The position numbers and the translations under genes were made by a program. From assembly GCA_964383705.1 (NCBI GenBank), contig CAYLHJ010000002.1, positions 1,635 through 65,634 on the forward strand: a stretch of DNA of 64,000 nt. The letters run 5' to 3'. Below, piece after piece: positions 18,923-26,797 of this stretch. The first letter of the stretch is position 1, and every line of letters starts with the position of its first letter. Under the pieces are notes generated by a model that saw nothing but the letters and a program-made list of their open reading frames with translations, was not told the DNA's origin and searched no databases. This DNA is from an uncultured Candidatus Saccharibacteria bacterium (GTDB lineage: Bacteria; Patescibacteriota; Minisyncoccia; Phycocordibacterales; Zambryskibacteraceae).

Positions 18923-19053
18923 GGCAAATTCATACCACTTTTAAGACATTTTGTATATTGATCCCCCATAGAGTTAATTGTTAAATTAATTGCAAATAGG
19001 AGTTTTTTTTGTATAATTGACCTCTCTCTATCGTTATTTTTAAAAGCAAATAT

Positions 19054-19548
19054 ATGCCTATTTTTGAGACCGAAGTGGTCATTTATATTCTAGTTGGATT
19101 GATGGTTATCCTGATTTCGTGGATTATACGATTAGAAGTAAGGCTTCATAAGATATTGGGTGGGAAAAAAGCACAAAGTGTAGAAAATGTCATAACAAGT
19201 ATCCAAAGCGATATGAAGGATATGCAGTCGTTTAAGTTAGACTCCATAAACTATCTAAAAAATATCGAAGCTCGACTAAAAAGGAGCATTCAGGCAATTG
19301 AGACAATACGTTTTAATCCATTTAAAGGTAGTGGGTCTGGCGGAAATCAAAGCTTCTCTACTGTATTTATGAGTGAAAAAGGTGATGGCGTTGTCGTATC
19401 AAGTCTTTACTCCAGAGACCATATAAGTGTTTTTTCAAAACCTCTGAAAAAATTTTCTTCAGAATTTGAAATGACAGAAGAAGAGCGTGAAGTAACACAG
19501 AAAGCAAAGGAATCTCTCGTTTACCAAAATCAGAATGAAAAAAACTGA
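19054..19548 (+). CDS. DUF4446-like membrane protein
   Basis: N-terminal TM plus a conserved RFNPFKGSGSGGNQSFSTVF..GVVVSSLYSRD block typical of the DUF4446 family. The 3' end overlaps the infB start. Confidence 0.55.
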   Translation: MPIFETEVVIYILVGLMVILISWIIRLEVRLHKILGGKKAQSVENVITSIQSDMKDMQSFKLDSINYLKNIEARLKRSIQAIETIRFNPFKGSGSGGNQSFSTVFMSEKGDGVVVSSLYSRDHISVFSKPLKKFSSEFEMTEEEREVTQKAKESLVYQNQNEKN

Positions 19549-21037
19549 ACATGAAAACCTCATAGAGCGACCACCTATCATCGTAGTCATGGGACATATT
19601 GACCATGGTAAATCAACACTCCTAGATTACATTCGCAAGAGTAACACTGTTCAAAAAGAAGCTGGAGGAATCACTCAACATATTTCTGCCTATGAAGTTA
19701 ACCACAGCGCCAAAGATGGAAAAGTTCATCGGATCACATTTCTTGATACACCAGGTCACGAAGCATTCCAAGCAATGCGAGAGCGCGGAGCCAAGGTTGC
19801 AGATATTGCAATACTTATTGTCTCCGCAGAAGATGGAGTAAAACCACAGACCATTGAGGCGCTCAATGCTATAAAAAAAGATGGTCTACCTTATGTAGTT
19901 GCGATAAGTAAGATTGATAAACCAGAAGCAAACATTGAAAAAACAAAACAAAGCCTCGCCGAAAATGATGTCTTTGTGGAAGGATTTGGTGGTGAAATAC
20001 CCTGTGTTGAGATTTCTGCAAAAAGTGGAGTTGGAATTCCAGAACTACTCGATATGCTCATTCTCGTTTCTGAATTAGAAGAACTTAAAGCAGAATCAAA
20101 TAAACCCGGAAGTGGTGTTGTAATTGAAAGCAATTTAGATACAAAAAAAGGACTAACAGCAACTGCCATAGTAACTGATGGGACCTTAGAGAGGGGCCAA
20201 TTTGCTGTTTCCGGAAAGAGCATCTCCCCTCTACGCTTGATAGAAAACTTTATGGGAGAAAATATCCAAAGCGCTTCTTTCTCAAGCCCAGTTAGAATTA
20301 TTGGGTGGGACACGCCACCTACGGTCGGTTCCAATTTCACTTGCGTAAAGACAAAAAAAGAAGCCCTCCTTCTTGTAGAAAAATTTAATGATAAAAAACC
20401 CGACCAAGCGGATGATCAATTTAAAAGCGAGGCAGAGATTATTCCTATAGTCATAAAAGCTGACACCTCAGGAAGTCTAGACGCTTTGGCTTATGAAATA
20501 AATAAACTGAACAACGACAGAGTAAATACAAAAATAGTCCTCTCTGGTATTGGGCCAATTTCAGAAAATGACATAAAGAATGCAGGAAGTAATAATAACG
20601 CTTTCGTTCTCGGATTTAACACAAAAATTGACCCGAAAGCAGAGAGCTTGGCATTGCGTCTTAATATCCCTGTTTATACTTTCGATATCATATATAAACT
20701 TACTGAATGGTTAGAGGGCGCAATTAAAGATCGCACACCATCACTAGAAGTTGAGGAAGTCTTGGGGGTAGCAAAAATTCTTAAAATCTTTAGCAAAGTA
20801 AAAGACAAACAAATCGTTGGGGGGCGTGTTGAATCAGGAGAAATAAAAATTGGTGAAAATGTTCGAATACTTAGAAGAGATGTGGAAATAAGCCGTGGCA
20901 GAATTAGAGAATTACAAAAACAAAAACAAAAAACTGGAACTGTTTCTCAAGGTGAAGAATTTGGCGCTCAAATCGAAGCAAAATTTGAAATTGCTCCGGG
21001 AGATAAGATAGAGTGTCTAACTCTAGTTAAGAAATAA
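19535..21037 (+). CDS. infB: translation initiation factor IF-2 (short form lacking the N-terminal domains)
   Basis: G domain VVMGHIDHGKSTLLD, DTPGHEAF, SKID. C-terminal beta-barrel domains. Only 500 aa. Confidence 0.92.
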   Translation: MKKTEHENLIERPPIIVVMGHIDHGKSTLLDYIRKSNTVQKEAGGITQHISAYEVNHSAKDGKVHRITFLDTPGHEAFQAMRERGAKVADIAILIVSAEDGVKPQTIEALNAIKKDGLPYVVAISKIDKPEANIEKTKQSLAENDVFVEGFGGEIPCVEISAKSGVGIPELLDMLILVSELEELKAESNKPGSGVVIESNLDTKKGLTATAIVTDGTLERGQFAVSGKSISPLRLIENFMGENIQSASFSSPVRIIGWDTPPTVGSNFTCVKTKKEALLLVEKFNDKKPDQADDQFKSEAEIIPIVIKADTSGSLDALAYEINKLNNDRVNTKIVLSGIGPISENDIKNAGSNNNAFVLGFNTKIDPKAESLALRLNIPVYTFDIIYKLTEWLEGAIKDRTPSLEVEEVLGVAKILKIFSKVKDKQIVGGRVESGEIKIGENVRILRRDVEISRGRIRELQKQKQKTGTVSQGEEFGAQIEAKFEIAPGDKIECLTLVKK

Positions 21038-21051
21038 TTCTTAAAAACTTT

Positions 21052-21453
21052 ATGGACGAAAAGAAAAGGGAAGAAAATACAGCCCAAAAAGCTAGAGATG
21101 TTGCTCAACAGGCTTCTTCCAATAAAGGAAAATCCTATAGAAAAGAAAAGTTGCCAGAATTGCTTAAACACTTGGCCGCTGAGTTTTTTCAAAGAGAGCT
21201 TGATAGCTCATCTCTCGTTACGATAACCAAGGCCGAATTATCACAAAATAAAAAAAGGGTAACAATATTTTTTACCGTGCTACCAGAAGAAAAAGAATTG
21301 ACGATCCTCACTTTTTTTGAAAAAAAAAGAGGGGCTCTTGCCCAATATGTGGATGATCACGCTCGTATCGGACGTATGCCAGAAATAAAATTCTCAGTTG
21401 ATACTGGCGAAAAAAATAGGCAACGAATTGATTTTTTGACCCAAAACGATTAA
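21052..21453 (+). CDS. rbfA: ribosome-binding factor A
   Basis: Immediately downstream of infB, in the conserved gene order. KH-like RbfA fold signature (RIGRMPEIKF). Confidence 0.75.
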   Translation: MDEKKREENTAQKARDVAQQASSNKGKSYRKEKLPELLKHLAAEFFQRELDSSSLVTITKAELSQNKKRVTIFFTVLPEEKELTILTFFEKKRGALAQYVDDHARIGRMPEIKFSVDTGEKNRQRIDFLTQND

Positions 21454-21506
21454 AATTCCTTAGCAGGCTAAGAAATAATTCTTATCCTTGTTAATACCGA
21501 GGTTGT

Positions 21507-21578
21507 GGCCACGTAGACAAGTGGTAAGTCGAGAGTCTGCAAAACTCTTATGCGCGAGTTCGATTCTCGCCGTGGCCT
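21507..21578 (+). tRNA. tRNA-Cys (anticodon GCA)
   Basis: Acceptor ggccacg/cgtggcc. Anticodon loop cuGCAaa. T-arm gcgagttcgattctcgc. Short D-stem. Confidence 0.8.
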
Positions 21579-21592
21579 CCGGGAATATATAT

Positions 21593-21674
21593 GCCCGAGT
21601 GGCGGAACTGGTATACGCGCGCGACTTAAAATCGCGTCCCGTAAGGGATGTGGGTTCGATTCCCACCTCGGGCA
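21593..21674 (+). tRNA. tRNA-Leu (anticodon TAA)
   Basis: Acceptor gcccgag/ctcgggc. Anticodon loop cuUAAaa. Long variable arm tcccgtaagggat. T-arm gtgggttcgattcccac. Confidence 0.85.
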
Positions 21675-21739
21675 CAGAGATCAAATTATCATAGCTGAAT
21701 TTGGTGGGCATAGAGTTAAATAGTAAAGTAATATAATAT

Positions 21740-21812
21740 GCGCCCATAGCTCAGTTGGTAGAGCTGCTCCCTCTTAAGGAGAAGGTCGCAGGTTCGAATC
21801 CTGCTGGGCGCA
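21740..21812 (+). tRNA. tRNA-Lys (anticodon CTT)
   Basis: Acceptor gcgccca/tgggcgc. D-arm gctcagttggtagagc. Anticodon loop cuCUUaa. T-arm gcaggttcgaatcctgc. Confidence 0.85.
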
Positions 21813-21827
21813 CAGTGCGAAATATAT

Positions 21828-21910
21828 GGGCACGTGGCGGAATTGGTATACGCGCTAGTCTTAGGAACTAGTTCCTTAACGGATTGGGAGTTCGAGTCTC
21901 CCCGTGCCCA
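21828..21910 (+). tRNA. tRNA-Leu (anticodon TAG)
   Basis: Acceptor gggcacg/cgtgccc. Anticodon stem ctagt/actag with loop cuUAGga. Long variable arm. T-arm gggagttcgagtctccc. Confidence 0.85.
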
Positions 21911-21994
21911 CAAAAAAGCGAAAAGGTTTATTGACTTTTTAATTATCTGTGATAAAATGTTGTCGGAAAAGTTCTCTCGAATTCAAGATTCTCA

Positions 21995-23005
21995 TTGGAG
22001 GTTCAAATGATGCTCATGATTATAGGCTTTTGGGAGAAAGCGTTCCTTCTCATGGTCGGAACAATCTCCCTCGGCACAGTAGTGGCAATCATTGCATGGT
22101 TTGGCTTCGATAGGCTTGTCCTAAAGATAGCAGACTATGACAAGTGGTGGTCCATCTTTCGGAGACTCCCACTTGAAGGCACTGTAGCATATATTCTGAA
22201 GGGCGGACCTGGCGGTCCAGTCCGCAAAGTCATCCACTCTGTACCGGGCTGGAGTATCAATGAAGATGGGATTTTTATTCCCATCCCAGAACCGGAGGGC
22301 GGATATCTCCGCAGAGAGCTCGGAGTGGTGCTAGTCTGGCCAAATAGCAAGTTCCATACCAGGACCCGACACTATGAGGTACTGGAGCAAGTGCAGGGCC
22401 AGCATGGCGCGGTGATGGTCCCAAAAACGCGCGAGGGTTCTGAATTCTTTTTTCAAACGGTGATCAGCATTGAAATCGTTGCTGCGGAAGATAAGGGTAA
22501 CTTCCCAATCAACGCTAAGGCAACTTTTACAATGCGGATTATCCAACCAATCACAGCAGAATTCACTTCTGGTAAGCCCGAAGTCCAAGCAATGTCTGCC
22601 GCTCGAGTCATGGCAAGAGAATACATCGGCTCGCATCACTTCGATGAGCTTCGAGGTAAAGTCCACCCTGTTCCAGACAATAGCTTGATTGAATTGTTTG
22701 GAATAGAAATCATTGCCATGCGACTCGAAGAATTCAATCCGGTAGATCCGGATAGTGACTATGCCAAGGCAAATCGATTGAAGGAAATCAATCGACTCAA
22801 TGCCGACGCAGCAGGAGAAAAAGCTCGGGAGATAGAGGTGCTAAGCAAGGCTGAAGAAGCAAGAGTCCTCCGGGTTTATGGAGCTAAGGCGGGAGTCAGG
22901 GATGGTGGTTTAATCGCCATGGCCGAGGCCATCGAGTCTTCTAAACCTTCGACCTTGGTAGTTGGGAATTTCCCAACATCAATTCCCCTTCCACCGATTA
23001 AGTAG
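21995..23005 (+). CDS. SPFH/band-7-like membrane protein (GC-rich gene)
   Basis: N-terminal TM, a central beta-rich region, and a C-terminal Ala/Glu-rich coiled-coil (EINRLNADAAGEKAREIEVLSKAEEARVLRVYGAKAG). GC is about 50%, clearly above surrounding genes. The family call is tentative. Confidence 0.45.
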   Translation: MEVQMMLMIIGFWEKAFLLMVGTISLGTVVAIIAWFGFDRLVLKIADYDKWWSIFRRLPLEGTVAYILKGGPGGPVRKVIHSVPGWSINEDGIFIPIPEPEGGYLRRELGVVLVWPNSKFHTRTRHYEVLEQVQGQHGAVMVPKTREGSEFFFQTVISIEIVAAEDKGNFPINAKATFTMRIIQPITAEFTSGKPEVQAMSAARVMAREYIGSHHFDELRGKVHPVPDNSLIELFGIEIIAMRLEEFNPVDPDSDYAKANRLKEINRLNADAAGEKAREIEVLSKAEEARVLRVYGAKAGVRDGGLIAMAEAIESSKPSTLVVGNFPTSIPLPPIK

Positions 23006-23127
23006 CTCTGCCCGCACCAAAACAGTATGAGCCCAGCAACGAATTAGTTGCTGGGCTTTTCCATTTGACAGATTGTATTATTTTATGATATAGTTCGGGA
23101 AGATCAGTTCTGTTAAATTTCCTTTTC

Positions 23128-24378
23128 TTGGAGGCGCCCATGTGGGCAACAATTCGACGATACCCGAAGCGGCTGGTTTTCTTTATCGCTATCTCAATAG
23201 TTCCAATCTTCTTCTTGCTTTTCTACACCCTCTCCCACTACTCAAAGAACGAGAGTGATGTGGTGCTGGAGAGACAAGATTCAGTAAACGTAGTTACGGC
23301 CCCAACCACAGAAAGAGAGCATGAGGGGAGCGCGTCTGGATTCTTTATCCCGCTGATCCTCATTGGCGTCGCAGGCTCTATATGGAGAATGGTAAAGGGG
23401 CGTTGGCCTCATATCCTGACAATGGCGATTTTGGCTAGCGGGATTCTTTTCAACTGGCTTTGGTGGTCAATCCATCCGGCAAGTTGGCAGGAATGGCGTA
23501 ACTCGTCTAGCTTCTGGCCACTGATTTTCTCCATGTTTATCGTCGCCTTTCTCAGTGGAGAAAGTAACCCCGTTGCGAAATTCGCCCGCGGCGCTCTTCT
23601 TGGGCTCGTGATTGTGAGCATCGCCATTGGGGTAACGAGCTATGCGAGAAAAAGTTGGTGTTGGGCAGCTTCAGATGAGGCGAAAGCCCAACTCTGCGCA
23701 ACTACTTATAGTTCAACATCGACCGTCTCGCTTCCTGCGAAGTTTGACGGCCATGCTCGGGATTACTTCAATGGACCCGAAAGAGACTCCGTCCTCGCCT
23801 ACTTCCACGACATCCCCGTACTTGCAGATATTGCTGGAGCCGAATCCGGTTTCAGGCAATACAACAATGGTTCTCCTGACAGGTCCTGTAGCACTGTCTT
23901 GAGAAACAAGAACACGAATGGTACGGAAGACATGGGGGTAATGCAGATCAACGAGGTTCACTGGGGAAAAGCCAAAGAACTCGGGCATGATCTCTGCTTG
24001 CTCAAGGGAAATATGGCTTTCGCCAGACACCTTTATGAGCAAGATGGCACCCAGCCTTGGGAAGCGTCGAGTCCTGTTTGGCGAGATCACTATGTGTCGG
24101 TTCCAAGATCCACCTCATCCACCCAAATAGCGGTAGGGGGCGGAAATACCGTAACTGTTATTGCTCCAAGTGATAGCAGTTGGAGCACCCCCATCGACAC
24201 AAAGGGTCGCAGGACAAGATGTGAAGGAATTCAACACAAGAAATACCGCGCCCTGATTGATAGGAAAAGAGAATTCCAAATCGAACCTGGCGCCTTTAAG
24301 AATGTTGGCCAGTTCCGCTTAATCCAATTCCGTTCAGACAGCTCAGAAGCAACTGAGGTTTCCTGCACGGTCGGATAG
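23128..24378 (+). CDS. polytopic membrane protein with C-terminal lytic transglycosylase (SLT/lysozyme-like) domain (GC-rich gene)
   Basis: About five N-terminal TM helices. Then an SLT-like motif set (AESGFRQYN...GVMQINEVHW...AFARHLYE). GC-rich like the preceding gene. A hairpin terminator follows. Confidence 0.6.
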   Translation: MEAPMWATIRRYPKRLVFFIAISIVPIFFLLFYTLSHYSKNESDVVLERQDSVNVVTAPTTEREHEGSASGFFIPLILIGVAGSIWRMVKGRWPHILTMAILASGILFNWLWWSIHPASWQEWRNSSSFWPLIFSMFIVAFLSGESNPVAKFARGALLGLVIVSIAIGVTSYARKSWCWAASDEAKAQLCATTYSSTSTVSLPAKFDGHARDYFNGPERDSVLAYFHDIPVLADIAGAESGFRQYNNGSPDRSCSTVLRNKNTNGTEDMGVMQINEVHWGKAKELGHDLCLLKGNMAFARHLYEQDGTQPWEASSPVWRDHYVSVPRSTSSTQIAVGGGNTVTVIAPSDSSWSTPIDTKGRRTRCEGIQHKKYRALIDRKREFQIEPGAFKNVGQFRLIQFRSDSSEATEVSCTVG

Positions 24379-24398
24379 CGGAAGATCGATAGCACCCC

Positions 24399-24432
24399 GG
24401 GCGCAGACAAGCAATATGTCTGCGCCCTTTTT
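24399..24432 (+). terminator. rho-independent terminator
   Basis: Hairpin gggcgcagacaagcaatatgtctgcgccc followed by ttttt. Confidence 0.75.
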
Positions 24433-24439
24433 CATAAAC

Positions 24440-24475
24440 AAAATAGCGCGAGAATATTTCTCGCGCTATTTTGAA
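24440..24475 (-). terminator. rho-independent terminator for the minus-strand pilin-like gene array
   Basis: Perfect inverted repeat aaatagcgcgaga / tctcgcgctattt with a U-tract on the minus strand. Convergent with the previous terminator. Confidence 0.6.
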
Positions 24476-24486
24476 TCCCTCAATTA

Positions 24487-24756
24487 TTAATTAAGTGGAT
24501 ATATATTTGTGGAAAAACCGAACGAATTGAGCACGAAACGAATAATACCAAAAACTGAAACCATAATGAGCATGCCAACAAGACCCCAAACAATAGATTT
24601 CTTACCCTCTTCCCTTGCTTTATCCTCGCCGGAATTCATAACAAACTTAAAAATACCGTAGAGAAATACAACAAGTGCCACGCTAAACAAAAGTATAATT
24701 ATCGGATTAAGGATAAACTCATTAACCTTGTTGATAAGCGCAACAATTGGAGACAT
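24487..24756 (-). CDS. VirB2/TrbC-like (T4SS-pilin-like) small two-helix membrane protein, paralog 1
   Basis: 89 aa with two hydrophobic helices separated by the charged loop NSGEDKAREEGKKSIVWG. Shares the Gx(E/D)Exx(K/R)xG(K/R)xxxxWG core with the five upstream paralogs. Confidence 0.6.
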   Translation of the reverse strand: MSPIVALINKVNEFILNPIIILLFSVALVVFLYGIFKFVMNSGEDKAREEGKKSIVWGLVGMLIMVSVFGIIRFVLNSFGFSTNIYPLN

Positions 24757-24780
24757 GTAAATCTAATCTAACTTGATTAA

Positions 24781-25080
24781 CTAGAAACCAGGAACGTATG
24801 GAGTTTCGGAAATCTGAGATTGTCGGATGCCGAAGATATTCCCGAGGAAAGTAGTAAGACCCCAAACAGTTACCATGACGAAAAGGGCTACAACCCCCCA
24901 AATCATAATTCGTCTTCCACGTTCCTTGGCCTCCTCATTTCCGGCAGCAAGAATGAATGTTGCCAATCCCCAGAAAAAGAATAGCAATGCGAGACCAGCA
25001 ACTATAGGTGTTGCTGTTTCAACGATATTGCCAATTTGTGTTATGAGCGTATTGAAATATGTAAAACCCGGAGTATTCAT
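24781..25080 (-). CDS. VirB2/TrbC-like (T4SS-pilin-like) small membrane protein, paralog 2
   Basis: LALLFFFWGLATFILAAGNEEAKERGRRIMIWGVVALFVMVTVWGL: two TM helices around an acidic/basic loop. Confidence 0.6.
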   Translation of the reverse strand: MNTPGFTYFNTLITQIGNIVETATPIVAGLALLFFFWGLATFILAAGNEEAKERGRRIMIWGVVALFVMVTVWGLTTFLGNIFGIRQSQISETPYVPGF

Positions 25081-25209
25081 CGTATTAAGTTTAATTTAAC
25101 TTATTAATAATCCTTATAATCAATTGAGTACATTAATGATAATAACTCAAAAAACCTCTAAAAACAACGGACTGGGGACAATTTTTCTCCCCCACCCCCA
25201 CACAAAACC

Positions 25210-25536
25210 CTAATTAACAGGAAGACTATATATAGGAGAACCGCCCAGAAAAACATTTTGAAGAAGTTCAACAATTCCCCAAATAGAAATCATTACAAAA
25301 AGGGCTACAACCCCCCATATTAAAAGCCTTCTGCCGTCCTTAACCGCCTCCTCACTTCCCGCCGCCAATATAAATTTGGCTATACCCCAAAAAAATAGAA
25401 GAAGAGCAACACCAATCGTGAGAGGTATAAGACCTTTCAGAATTGAAGCAATGGTTCCAATAATATTCTGGATACTTGCCGTAGCGGCAAAAGAAAATAT
25501 TGGGAAAATAAATAAAATCAAAATTTTCTTTTTCAT
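25210..25536 (-). CDS. VirB2/TrbC-like (T4SS-pilin-like) small membrane protein, paralog 3 (with signal peptide)
   Basis: N-terminal signal-like MKKKILILFIFPIFSFAATAS, then LLLFFWGIAKFILAAGSEEAVKDGRRLLIWGVVALFVMISIWGI. Confidence 0.6.
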   Translation of the reverse strand: MKKKILILFIFPIFSFAATASIQNIIGTIASILKGLIPLTIGVALLLFFWGIAKFILAAGSEEAVKDGRRLLIWGVVALFVMISIWGIVELLQNVFLGGSPIYSLPVN

Positions 25537-25961
25537 GGATTTGTATCAGGTAGTTGGGGTAGCCCTATCGGACCAGAACCAAAAATACTGTTTGAAAGAA
25601 CTTGGACTATACCCCAGATAGAAACTGCAACAAAAATCCCAACTGCTCCCCAGAGCATAAGATTTTTTCCTTCCTTTTGAGCATCTTCACTTCCCCCCGC
25701 TTGAATAAACTTCACTAGACCCCAAAAGAAAACAACTACTGTTGCACCAACTAATACTGGAAATAAAGAACTCGTTATATTTGTAACAATACAAATAAAA
25801 TCACCGAAATTTTGTGGAGGACCAGACGGGGCGCCAGAAAAAACTCCAGCTGGATTTGAAACGCATGCAGCATAAATCGTATTTGGCGAAAAAATCAAAC
25901 CAACCATAAAAATAATTACAAGAAAATGAAACAAAATATTTTTTAAAAAATAGATCCTCAT
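25533..25961 (-). CDS. VirB2/TrbC-like (T4SS-pilin-like) small membrane protein, paralog 4
   Basis: Signal/TM N-terminus, then VVVFFWGLVKFIQAGGSEDAQKEGKNLMLWGAVGIFVAVSIWGI. A 4-nt overlap (ATGA) with paralog 3 suggests an operon. Confidence 0.6.
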   Translation of the reverse strand: MRIYFLKNILFHFLVIIFMVGLIFSPNTIYAACVSNPAGVFSGAPSGPPQNFGDFICIVTNITSSLFPVLVGATVVVFFWGLVKFIQAGGSEDAQKEGKNLMLWGAVGIFVAVSIWGIVQVLSNSIFGSGPIGLPQLPDTNP

Positions 25962-26365
25962 GTTAGCTGGTCAATAGTGGCCTTTATCGCAGCAGAAATC
26001 GCCCAAGCACCCAAAAGCACCGCTGTACCTATGGCCGCGTACAGAAAAGCTCTCTTTGCTGTTTCAAGCTTAGTCTCATTTCCTTGCGCCGTTACAAAAA
26101 GAAAACCGGCGTAAATAATATATATTACGGCAATAACGCCGCCTAAAGGCAAGATGACAGTATTAATTATCAAATCAATGAATTCATACAGACTATCAGC
26201 ACCAGAAGCTAAAGGATTTGGTATTGATATGCTATATGACGGGTCATTTCCACCAATATCACCATCATCATTACCACCAATATCATGATTGCTAGCAAAA
26301 ACAGTGAAAGAGAGAGAAAGGAAGGTTATAAAAGATAGGACAGCTATATAACGAAATCGTTTCAT
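25958..26365 (-). CDS. VirB2/TrbC-like small membrane protein, divergent paralog 5
   Basis: Signal peptide. A Gly/Asp-rich stretch (HDIGGNDDGDIGGNDPS). Then two helices around the loop QGNETKLETAKRAF. 4-nt overlap with paralog 4. Confidence 0.5.
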   Translation of the reverse strand: MKRFRYIAVLSFITFLSLSFTVFASNHDIGGNDDGDIGGNDPSYSISIPNPLASGADSLYEFIDLIINTVILPLGGVIAVIYIIYAGFLFVTAQGNETKLETAKRAFLYAAIGTAVLLGAWAISAAIKATIDQLT

Positions 26366-26387
26366 ATTTGTAATATTATATCATTCA

Positions 26388-26795
26388 TTAAAAACCAATA
26401 AGAGTGAAACCTTGACCGGGCAATAATAAGGCTCTCACAATTGTATTTACGATCAGCCAAGCTGATAGAACAACAACAAAGCCAATTCCGGCTTTTGTAA
26501 AAATAGATTTAGCCTTTTTTGCCTGCCCCTCATCCCCCGCTGAAGTAAGATAAAGGAAACCAGCCCAAACAAAAGAAATTGCAACCAATGCGGTAGACAT
26601 GATAATAAGAAAATTTATTATCCTTACACCAAGTTCTACCAAGTCATTAAAATCACAATCATTGGGATCAACAGCCGGATCACAAAAAATTAGATAGCCG
26701 GGTTCTTGTGGTGAATCGGCCGAAAAAACTGGTAACGCAATAAAAAAGATTGAGGTGATAACTACAAATAAAATCTTATTTGAATGACTTAACAT
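26388..26795 (-). CDS. VirB2/TrbC-like small membrane protein, divergent paralog 6
   Basis: Signal peptide. A Cys/Asp-containing segment (FCDPAVDPNDCDFND). Two helices around SAGDEGQAKKAKSIF. Confidence 0.5.
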   Translation of the reverse strand: MLSHSNKILFVVITSIFFIALPVFSADSPQEPGYLIFCDPAVDPNDCDFNDLVELGVRIINFLIIMSTALVAISFVWAGFLYLTSAGDEGQAKKAKSIFTKAGIGFVVVLSAWLIVNTIVRALLLPGQGFTLIGF

Positions 26796-26797
26796 AA

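Noticed and set aside
21460-21913. Three ORFs from the six-frame track (21488..21694 +, 21460..21747 -, 21716..21913 -) lying across the tRNA cluster
   Set aside because: They are translations of the tRNA-Cys, Leu, Lys and Leu genes and their spacers. They have no coding signal and each overlaps four well-formed cloverleafs.
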